Assembly: GCA_963814675.1 (NCBI GenBank)
Contig: CAWFDT010000015.1
Span: 321,950-385,949 of the forward strand
DNA: 64,000 nucleotides
Origin: an uncultured Pseudomonadota bacterium
GTDB lineage: Bacteria; Pseudomonadota; Gammaproteobacteria; Steroidobacterales; Steroidobacteraceae
Direction: 5' to 3'
The notes under the pieces were generated by a model that saw nothing but the letters and a program-made list of their open reading frames with translations, was not told where the DNA came from and made no database searches. Below are positions 18,113 to 25,574 of the stretch, in pieces (position 1 is the first letter of the stretch; the number at the start of each line of letters is the position of its first letter). Made by a program: the position numbers and the translations under genes.

Positions 18113-19429
18113 ATGCTAAAGAGACTCACCTGGATTTTTGTGGCGTTGCTGGCGGCGCCGCTGGTGTGCGTGGCTGCCCCGGCCGGGCAGGACTACGCAG
18201 CGCGCGTGGCGCAGATCCTCAAGAAGACCCCGCTAATCGACGGCCACAATGACCTGCCATGGGAGATCCGCGAGCGCTTCCACAGCAAGGTCTCGACGAT
18301 CAACCTCAGCGCTGACACCTCCGTATTGCCGGTCCCGGCAGGCGGCATTGCCCTGATGACCGACATCACCCGCCTGCGCCGCGGTGGCGTGGGCGGCCAG
18401 TTCTGGTCGGTGTTTGTACCGGTGCAGATGCAGGGGGCCGCGGCCGTCCAGGCAACGCTTGAGCAGATCGACATCGTGCGCCAGATGGCGGAGCGGTATC
18501 CGCAGGACTTCGAGCTCGCGTATACCGCCGCCGACGTACGCCGCATCCATAAGTCCGGGCGGATCGCCTCCCTGATCGGCATTGAGGGCGGGCACCAGAT
18601 CAACGATTCCTTGGCGGTGCTTCGTGAGATGTACGCAGCGGGCGCGCGCTACATGACCCTCACGCACTCCTCCAACACCGACTGGGCGGACTCGGCGACC
18701 GACGCCCCCAAACACCACGGCCTTACGGCCTTCGGCCGCGAGATCGTGCACGAGATGAACCGCCTGGGCATGTTGGTGGACATCAGCCACGTGTCGGCCG
18801 AGACCATGCACGCGGTGCTCGATACCGCGGAAGCCCCGGTGATATTCTCCCATTCCTCCGCGCGGGCAATCGTCGATCACCCGCGCGACGTACCGGACGA
18901 TGTGCTGCGCCTGCTTGAGCGAAACGGCGGCGTCGTGATGGTCAACTTCTATCCCGGCTACGTCTCCGCCGCCCGCAACCGCTGGGATGCGGACTACGCC
19001 GCCGAGCAGGCACGCTATGACAGCCCGCCGTTTGCGGGCCTCTACATCGGCCAGCCCGATCGTGCCAAGGCCGCCCTCGAGGAATGGGTGAAGGCGCACC
19101 CGGCACCGAAGGTCACCCTCGCCGAAGTTGCCGACCACATTGAGCATGTGCGCCGCGTCGCTGGCATCGACCACGTGGGACTGGGTTCGGACTTCGACGG
19201 CATCCCCGTGACCCCGGTGGGGCTGGAAGGGGTTGATAGGTACCCGGACCTTCTGGCGGAACTCATGCGTCGCGGCTGGACGGACGATGAAGTCGCCAAG
19301 CTCGCCGGCGAGAACATCCTGCGCGTCCTTGCCAGCGCGGAGAGTGTCGGTGCGCGCCTGCGCGCGAACCGCAAGGCCTCGGAGGCCACCATCGAGGAAC
19401 TGGATGGGCTGTCGAGGGCGAAGAACTGA
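18113..19429 (+). CDS. membrane (renal-type) dipeptidase, peptidase family M19
   Basis: IDGHNDLPWEIRERF, IGIEGGHQI and DISHVS motifs. ATG at 18113 gives the signal peptide MLKRLTWIFVALLAAPLVCVAA. The ORF-track start at 18035 overlaps the upstream stop and cannot be excluded. Confidence 0.88.
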   Translation: MLKRLTWIFVALLAAPLVCVAAPAGQDYAARVAQILKKTPLIDGHNDLPWEIRERFHSKVSTINLSADTSVLPVPAGGIALMTDITRLRRGGVGGQFWSVFVPVQMQGAAAVQATLEQIDIVRQMAERYPQDFELAYTAADVRRIHKSGRIASLIGIEGGHQINDSLAVLREMYAAGARYMTLTHSSNTDWADSATDAPKHHGLTAFGREIVHEMNRLGMLVDISHVSAETMHAVLDTAEAPVIFSHSSARAIVDHPRDVPDDVLRLLERNGGVVMVNFYPGYVSAARNRWDADYAAEQARYDSPPFAGLYIGQPDRAKAALEEWVKAHPAPKVTLAEVADHIEHVRRVAGIDHVGLGSDFDGIPVTPVGLEGVDRYPDLLAELMRRGWTDDEVAKLAGENILRVLASAESVGARLRANRKASEATIEELDGLSRAKN

Positions 19430-19705
19430 TAATAGTTGAGGGGGGCGCCCCTGGCCGAACCCATCGCCTGGCCCCTCGACCGGCCGAGGCATCACGCTGT
19501 ACGGCAGGCCGAAAAGCGCCAGCGGCGCCAGATCGATCGGCAGTGGCGGAGCGGGCAGCCGTCACCTTACCCCTCGATGTAGAGTCAGCGGGGGCTAAGT
19601 GGCCCTCAATTGAGCCGGCTGGTAATTAGGCGCATTGTTTCGGGTCTGCTGACATGCACTCGGTGTCAGTCCTAACAAAAAATACCAGAATCTGAGGAGA
19701 AACCT

Positions 19706-20167
19706 ATGCGAAGAATTCTCGCAATCATTCTTTTCGCCGCGACCTTCTTCGGGGGAATTGCGATGGCCAAGGATCCGGTCGTCGGCACCTGGACATTGGA
19801 TGTCGCGAAGTCAAAGTTCAGTCCGGGACCTGCACTTAAGAGCGCGACGCGCACGTACACGGAGTCAGCGGATGGACTCGCGCTTGAAGGCAAGACGGTC
19901 GCAGCTGACGGCAAGGAAGCATCAATGCACGTAGCCTACAAGGCCGACGGTAAGAGTTACCCTGTTACCGGCAACCCGGACGCAAATAGCGTGACGCCAA
20001 AGTCTGTCGATGCCAGGACATGGGACTTTACCCTCACGAAGGATGGGAAGGTCGTTGGCACGGTACATCGGGTGGTCTCGGCGGATGGCAAGACGCTGAC
20101 CGTGCACAACAAGGGTACGCACAACGGGCTGCCATATGACGACACTCTTGTTTTCACGCGCCAGTAA
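19706..20167 (+). CDS. small secreted protein of unknown function (lipocalin-like beta-rich)
   Basis: 153 aa. GAGGAGA lies 6 nt upstream of the ATG. Signal peptide MRRILAIILFAATFFGGIAMA. Alternating beta-strand-like sequence. Confidence 0.6.
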   Translation: MRRILAIILFAATFFGGIAMAKDPVVGTWTLDVAKSKFSPGPALKSATRTYTESADGLALEGKTVAADGKEASMHVAYKADGKSYPVTGNPDANSVTPKSVDARTWDFTLTKDGKVVGTVHRVVSADGKTLTVHNKGTHNGLPYDDTLVFTRQ

Positions 20168-20288
20168 ATGACGGCGCAGCACGTGGTGCGAGGCGCCACG
20201 TGCTGCAGGCCGTCATCGCTCCTCGGTAGCATCAGGCTATCGTGCCGGGAATCCGAAGACGCCCTGCGCATGTCATAGTGAAATTCCC

Positions 20289-20313
20289 CTTACGGCCCAG
20301 GAGAGGCCGTAAG
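20289..20313 (+). terminator. perfect 9-bp GC-rich hairpin downstream of 19706-20167
   Basis: CTTACGGCC-caggaga-GGCCGTAAG, followed by cggatgaTTTCT. There is no long U-tract. Confidence 0.4.
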
Positions 20314-20331
20314 CGGATGATTTCTCAACAC

Positions 20332-20367
20332 CCGACCAATGAACAAGTTCGATCGTCGAATTTCCGT
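20332..20367 (+). repeat. fragment (core) of the H2 repeat unit seen at 51.6 and 56.0 kb
   Basis: CCGACCAATGAACAAGTTCGATCGTCGAATTTCCGT matches GCGACTAACGAACAAGTTGGATCGTCGAATTTCCGT (51675-51710) and the 56.0 kb copy. Confidence 0.7.
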
Positions 20368-20417
20368 AACCGCAAACTCGGCGCTGTCCCAGGAAGTGGA
20401 TACACCGGCCGAAGACG

Positions 20418-20903
20418 CTACTGCAATCCCCCGCGAACGGCTGTGATTCGCTGCGTGTTGAAGCCGAGCCAATGCATCCGTCCGGCGTAGCGGGCGTGCT
20501 CGACCTTGAGGCAGCGATCCATGACGACGGCCATGCCGCCATTCTCTGCGATGCGTGCGCCGTCCTCGTTGATCACCGTGAATTGACACCACAGGCACTT
20601 GGCGCCGATGGCGACGGCGTCCCTCGCGATCTCGGGCAGCGCAGATGGGGCGCGAAACACATCGACGATATCGATGGGCACCGGCACATCGCGAAGGCTA
20701 GCAAAACTCCGTTCGCCGAGGATTTCCGGCTCGCGCGGATTTACGGGAATCACGCGGTAGCCGCGGCGCTGCAGGTATAAGCCGACGAAATGACTGGCGC
20801 GCAGCGGGTTGCCTGACAGGCCAACGATCGCAACGGTTTTGGAATCCAAGAGCACGCGCTGGATCGTGAGCGCATCCTGGTAGCAGGAAAGGTTGGACGT
20901 CAT
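20418..20903 (-). CDS. CoA-binding domain protein (YccU/YneT-like)
   Basis: Only the last 161 aa of ORF 20418-21818 look real (MTSNLSCYQDALTIQRVLLDSKTVAIVGLSGNPLRASHFV...). The ATG overlaps the metY stop (ATGA). Confidence 0.85.
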   Translation of the reverse strand: MTSNLSCYQDALTIQRVLLDSKTVAIVGLSGNPLRASHFVGLYLQRRGYRVIPVNPREPEILGERSFASLRDVPVPIDIVDVFRAPSALPEIARDAVAIGAKCLWCQFTVINEDGARIAENGGMAVVMDRCLKVEHARYAGRMHWLGFNTQRITAVRGGLQ

Positions 20904-22252
20904 GGCGCACTCTCCCCGGATCCCGCTGCGCGGGCGCGTGCAAAGCCTTGATCGAGGTCCCAGATGAGATCGTCGGCATTCTCGATACCGACGGAGAGCC
21001 GAATCGTCCCCGGGCCGACGCCGGCCGCCCTGAGCTCCTCCTCGTTGAGCTGGCGATGCGTCGTGCTCCCCGGATGAATCACGAGGCTCTTCGCATCGCC
21101 GACGTTCGCGAGGTGCGACCAGAGGGTGAGAGCGCGTATGAACTCCTGTCCCGCCTCGCGGCCGCCGCGGATATCGAACGAGAACACCGAGCCCGCGCCA
21201 CGCGGCAGGTACTTCTCGGCAAGTGAATGGTAGGGACTCGTGCGCAGGCCGGGGTACCTCACGTTCGATGCGAGCTCGTGCGACTCGAGATAGTTCGCGA
21301 TGGTGATGGCGTTCTCGACGTGACGCGTCATCCGCAAGGAGAGCGTCTCGAGGCCCTGCAGGAACAGGAACGCATTGAAGGGGCTCAGACAAGCGCCGAG
21401 ATCGCGTAGCGTCTCGGCGCGCAGCTTCATCAAGTAACCGTAGGTGCCGAAGGTCTCGTGGAACTGGAGCCCGTGGTATGCCGGCGATGGCTCGGCAATT
21501 ACCGGGAAGCGCCCGTTTGACCAGTTGAACTCGCCCGAATCCACGACCACGCCGCCGATGCTGGTGCCGTGACCGCCGATGAATTTGGTCGCCGAGTGCA
21601 GCACGATGTCGGCGCCCCACTCGGTCGGACGGCACAGATAAGGTGTCGCGAACGTATTGTCGACGAGGAGCGGCAGCCCGTGCTCGTGCGCGACGGCTGC
21701 GACAGCCTCGATATCGAGCACGTTCCCACCGGGGTTCCCGATCGTCTCTCCGAAGAAAGCCTTGGTGTTGCCGCGAACCGCGGCCTTCCAGGCGCCGAGA
21801 TCGTCCGGATCGACCCAAGTCAGCTCCACATTCATCTTGCGCAGCACGTGCTTGAACTGATTTACCGTGCCGCCGTACAGCGCCGCCGACGAGACGATAT
21901 GGTCACCCGGTGTGAGGAGCGTGAAGAGCGCCGCCGCCTGTGCCGCCAGTCCGCTGGCGAACGCTACCGCGCCGCAGCCACCCTCGAGACTCGCGACACG
22001 CTCTTCGAACACCGCGAGCGTCGGGTTCATGATCCTCGTGTAGGTGTTGCCATACTCCTGGAGATTGAAGTAGGCGGCAGCGGCTTCCGGGTCCTCGAAG
22101 ACGTAGCTCGTGGTCTGAAAAATCGGCACCGCGCGCGCACCGGTATTCGGATCCGGACGTTGACCGGCATGAAGCTGGCGGGTCTCGAACCCGAAGCGGC
22201 GTGACTGTTCCACGAACGCGGCCCCCGGTGACTTGATGCAATGCGGAATCAT
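20900..22252 (-). CDS. metY: O-acetylhomoserine sulfhydrylase (aminocarboxypropyltransferase)
   Basis: FETRQLHAGQ..., NPT and the PLP-lysine context HSATKFIGGHG. Internal ATG at 22252 (MIPHCIK...) gives a typical length of about 450 aa. Confidence 0.9.
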   Translation of the reverse strand: MIPHCIKSPGAAFVEQSRRFGFETRQLHAGQRPDPNTGARAVPIFQTTSYVFEDPEAAAAYFNLQEYGNTYTRIMNPTLAVFEERVASLEGGCGAVAFASGLAAQAAALFTLLTPGDHIVSSAALYGGTVNQFKHVLRKMNVELTWVDPDDLGAWKAAVRGNTKAFFGETIGNPGGNVLDIEAVAAVAHEHGLPLLVDNTFATPYLCRPTEWGADIVLHSATKFIGGHGTSIGGVVVDSGEFNWSNGRFPVIAEPSPAYHGLQFHETFGTYGYLMKLRAETLRDLGACLSPFNAFLFLQGLETLSLRMTRHVENAITIANYLESHELASNVRYPGLRTSPYHSLAEKYLPRGAGSVFSFDIRGGREAGQEFIRALTLWSHLANVGDAKSLVIHPGSTTHRQLNEEELRAAGVGPGTIRLSVGIENADDLIWDLDQGFARARAAGSGESAP

Positions 22253-22431
22253 AGGCTTCTGTTGCGCCGCCGCCAATCGCACCAAGCGCGAGCTTATATT
22301 CGTATAACCGATAGGTTGCCGTGGACGACCGTTTCCGGCTTGTACGCCCGTCGAGCCAGGCGTAATGTCCTTTGTTTCCCAGCGTGCGAGGGCTCTAACA
22401 AGACCTTCCACATCCTCGAGGAGACACGAAA

Positions 22432-22986
22432 ATGGGTCAGGAAGGTATCAACAACGGCGTCAACATCGACGCACTGCTGGCCGCCCGCGAAGCGTTGAAG
22501 GGCGCGCCCGAGGCCGCAAAGTTCACGTGGCGTGCATCCTGTAAGTGGCAGAGCGGTACCCACGCCACTTCCACCGTCCAGGGATTCCATGGACTCGGTG
22601 ACGAGCAGAGGCATAAGACCGAGTTCTCCTTCGAGACCGACCACCCGGAGGTTTTCGCCTCCGAGGACCAGGGTGCGACCCCCGTTGAGCTGGTGCTCGT
22701 GGGTCTTGCGAGCTGCCTGACGGCGGGCGTGGCGACCGTAGCGCAGAACCGTGGCATACAGCTGCGCTCGGTCGAGGCGAAGCTTGAGGGCAAGATGAAT
22801 CTATACGGCATCCTCGGGATCGACAGCGACGTACGTAATGGCTACGACGACATCAAGGTCACCTTCCATATCGACGCCGACGCTTCGAAGCAGGACATCG
22901 AGGCGCTCGTCGCGCAGTCGCAAAAACGCTCGGCCGTGTACGACATCGTGACCAATCCGACCAACGTGACGGTCGAGGTTATCTAG
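22432..22986 (+). CDS. OsmC-family peroxiredoxin-like protein
   Basis: 184 aa. GAGGAGA precedes the ATG. OsmC-like GATPVELVLVGLASCLT and C-terminal SAVYDIV. Confidence 0.85.
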   Translation: MGQEGINNGVNIDALLAAREALKGAPEAAKFTWRASCKWQSGTHATSTVQGFHGLGDEQRHKTEFSFETDHPEVFASEDQGATPVELVLVGLASCLTAGVATVAQNRGIQLRSVEAKLEGKMNLYGILGIDSDVRNGYDDIKVTFHIDADASKQDIEALVAQSQKRSAVYDIVTNPTNVTVEVI

Positions 22987-23017
22987 CGGGAGTCCGGTAC
23001 CCGCCGCGGGACTCGCC

Positions 23018-24274
23018 ATCGAACACGTCACGACGGTCGTAATTGGTGCCGGTCACGCCGGCCTGGCGATCAGCCACTTCCTCAGCGAACACTCGATCGA
23101 CCATGTCGTCCTCGAGCGGGGCGAGGTGGCGAACTCCTGGCGGCGCGAGCGGTGGCAGTCACTGCGTCTGCTGACGCCAAACTGGCAGAGTAGGCTGCCG
23201 GGCTACCCCTATCACGGCAGCGACCCTGACGGCTTCATGACGATGCCCGAGGTGGTGGAGCGCATCTCGGGGTATGCCGCGGCGATTTCGGCCCCTGTGC
23301 GCACACACACGACCGTGAGGTCGGTGAGGCGCGTCGATGGCGGTTATCAGGTGGCGACGGATCGCGGCGAAATCCGCAGCCGTAGCGTGGTGCTTGCCAG
23401 CGGCGCCGCGAACACCCCGCATGTGCCCCAGCTGCGCCGGGCAGTGCCAGAGGGCATCGAGTGCCTCACGACCTTCGACTATTACAATCCCGAGCGGCTG
23501 CCTCAGGGCGGGGTGCTCATTGTCGGTGCCTCAGCCACCGGCGTACAGCTCGCTGACGAGATTCGCCGCTCCGGGCGACCTGTGACGCTCTCGGTCGGGG
23601 AGCACGTGCGGCTGCCGCGCACCTACCGTGGGCGCGACGTGCTGTGGTGGATGGAGACTTCGGGAGTCTGGAACCAGCGTTACGACGAAATCGACGATCT
23701 CGAGCGCGCTCGCGGTCTGCCGTCGCCGCAGCTTATCGGCACGCCCGAGCGCGCGACGCTCGACCTCAACGTTCTGAGAGCCGCGGGAGTGGAGATCGTC
23801 GGCCGGCTCGCCGCTATCCGTGAGGGGCGCGCGCTCTTCTCGGGAGGACTTCGCAATCAGTTCGCGCTGGCCGACCTCAAGATGCAGCGGCTACTCGATA
23901 CGTTCGACGACTGGGCGCGCAAAACCGCGCTCGAAGTCGAGTTTGGTCTCCCGGAGCGATTCGAGCCAACCTGTGCACCCGCATCGGCACGGCTTTCGAT
24001 CGATTTGCTGCGTGGGGAGATCCGCGCGATCGTCTGGGCCACCGGATTTCGTCCCGACTATCGCTGGCTGGAGGTGCCGATCCTTAATCGCAAGGGGGAA
24101 CTACGCCACGACGGTGGAGTCGTGGTTGATGCCCCGGGGATGTACGCGATCGGGTTGCCGGTGTTACGCCGGCGAAAGTCGACGTTCATACTCGGTGCCG
24201 AGGATGACGCACGCGATCTCGTCGGGCATCTCGCGCAATATCTCGCTACTGTCGTCCGGACCGCTCACACGTAA
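23018..24274 (+). CDS. NAD(P)/FAD-dependent oxidoreductase (flavin monooxygenase / CzcO-like); start codon non-canonical or lost
   Basis: The open frame begins after TGA 22967-22969. VVIGAGHAGLA (GxGxxG) is encoded at 23036-23068, but the first ATG/GTG/TTG is 23126. ATC at 23018 is one nt away from ATG. A second dinucleotide motif is VLIVGASATG. Confidence 0.7.
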   Translation: MEHVTTVVIGAGHAGLAISHFLSEHSIDHVVLERGEVANSWRRERWQSLRLLTPNWQSRLPGYPYHGSDPDGFMTMPEVVERISGYAAAISAPVRTHTTVRSVRRVDGGYQVATDRGEIRSRSVVLASGAANTPHVPQLRRAVPEGIECLTTFDYYNPERLPQGGVLIVGASATGVQLADEIRRSGRPVTLSVGEHVRLPRTYRGRDVLWWMETSGVWNQRYDEIDDLERARGLPSPQLIGTPERATLDLNVLRAAGVEIVGRLAAIREGRALFSGGLRNQFALADLKMQRLLDTFDDWARKTALEVEFGLPERFEPTCAPASARLSIDLLRGEIRAIVWATGFRPDYRWLEVPILNRKGELRHDGGVVVDAPGMYAIGLPVLRRRKSTFILGAEDDARDLVGHLAQYLATVVRTAHT

Positions 24275-24740
24275 CCCGATACGTCACGTCGCGGAGAGCG
24301 GAATGACAGTGATCGTCGGCGGGGCTTCATCCAGGCTCCTTCTCTCGCAGGCGGGACTGGCAAGCGACGCGGCACACGATGGCGCAACGAAGGGGACGAC
24401 CGCGCTGCGCTTTTTTCAGTAATGATCGGACCTAGATCCTAAAACGGGGAGCACCTCACTGCCGGTCCACAACCCAGAGGGTCTGCGGTCGCAGCGAGTG
24501 AGGCGCGCATTACGGCTGAGCTTGGTCTGACGCGTGTTAGGTGGCAGGAACGTAAGCGTGGCTGGAAAAGTCGTGTTAGGTGACTCCCTGGTCGCGGGCT
24601 GCCTGCGCGCGGGGCGCCGACTTGTAGCGTTGTGCAGCACGCTCCGCGCGTACACTTAGAGCGGTTGCTCCGGAAGGATGTCCATCCGGATGTCTGGATC
24701 GAGTGTCGTACAACGTTGTTGCATCGTGGAGAGTCAGTCA

Positions 24741-25298
24741 ATGGATAGGAAACCGTTCGCGTTACGCGTATCAGCGATAGCTGTCACCGCAGTTGCTGCC
24801 TTGATCGCCACCGCCGCTCTGGCAGTGGACACCGCCGCCATCGATACACAGGTATCCGCTACGCTGGATCGCTTCTATGCGCTGAACGACAGAAACAAGT
24901 ACCTCGCAGACAATGCAGCCGCGGTGTTGGTATTTCCGACCGTCACAAAGGTTGGCGCCGGCGTAGGTGGTGAGCACGGGGACGGAGCACTGCTGCAGGG
25001 CGGCAAGACCGTCGGTTACTACTCGGTTTCCGGTGTCTCGATCGGCGTGACGCTCGGTGTGTCGCGTCACAGCGAAGTGATTTTGTTGCAAACGCCGCAG
25101 GCCCGGGACAAGTTCCTCAACAGCAAGGACTGGTCGATCGGTGCGGACACCTCGGTCGCAGTTGCGAAGATGGGTGCCGGCGGTCATTACGACACCCAGA
25201 CGCTCAGCAAGCCGGTCCTGGCTTTCGTTTTTGCTGAGAAGGGGCTGATGGGCGACGCTTCCCTGCAAGGCGCCAAGATCAGCAAGATCGCCAAATAA
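24741..25298 (+). CDS. SYLF (Ysc84/DUF500) lipid-binding domain protein, secreted
   Basis: GGAGAG lies 7 nt upstream of ATG 24741. Signal peptide is present. VLVFPTVTKVGAGVGGEHGDGALL...SIGADTSVAV is typical of SYLF. Confidence 0.75.
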   Translation: MDRKPFALRVSAIAVTAVAALIATAALAVDTAAIDTQVSATLDRFYALNDRNKYLADNAAAVLVFPTVTKVGAGVGGEHGDGALLQGGKTVGYYSVSGVSIGVTLGVSRHSEVILLQTPQARDKFLNSKDWSIGADTSVAVAKMGAGGHYDTQTLSKPVLAFVFAEKGLMGDASLQGAKISKIAK

Positions 25299-25305
25299 CC
25301 GACCG

Positions 25306-25332
25306 CCGGTCCGCCGCCCAGCGGCGGGCCGG
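25306..25332 (+). terminator. 12-bp GC hairpin just after the SYLF stop
   Basis: CCGGTCCGCCGC-cca-GCGGCGGGCCGG (one G.U pair). No U-tract. Confidence 0.35.
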
Positions 25333-25574
25333 CGCGAGCGGTAGGAGGCTGCACAGGGACAGAGCAGCTTGCTTGATGGCTCGCTCACCACCCCGCGGGC
25401 GAGGTTCGATCGATCACGGCGTACCTGCGAACCCGATCCGAGGCCGAGCACGCGCGATCGGGCTTGACGGCGCGGTTCTAGCGCGCTTCGACGGCGGCGC
25501 GCTGACTCTTGCTGACAGGTGTAAGCCGACGCCTATTGAAGGCGGTTCCGCGAAGGACTTTCTAGATCAATGGC

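Noticed and set aside
18233-19495. 420-aa ORF on the minus strand
   Set aside because: It is antisense to the M19 dipeptidase gene, has no motifs and looks like a shadow ORF. The same reasoning applies to 10028-10798, 11218-11982, 12004-12870, 14296-14943, 15736-16272, 16395-17087 and 17106-17882.
20904-21818. N-terminal 305 codons of ORF 20418-21818
   Set aside because: They overlap metY out of frame and are Arg-rich nonsense. Only the last 161 codons form the CoA-binding domain.
22253-22431. Possible SAM riboswitch in the metY leader
   Set aside because: The leader contains CTTGTTAGAG, GGCAACC and GGTGCGATT, with a possible P1 (CTTGTT / AACAGAAG) next to the ATG, which is reminiscent of SAM-I. 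However, the spacing between elements is about 35 nt too long, and the GAGGGA/GGCCC kink-turn elements are absent. A cmscan with RF00162, RF00521 and the SAM-SAH models would settle it.
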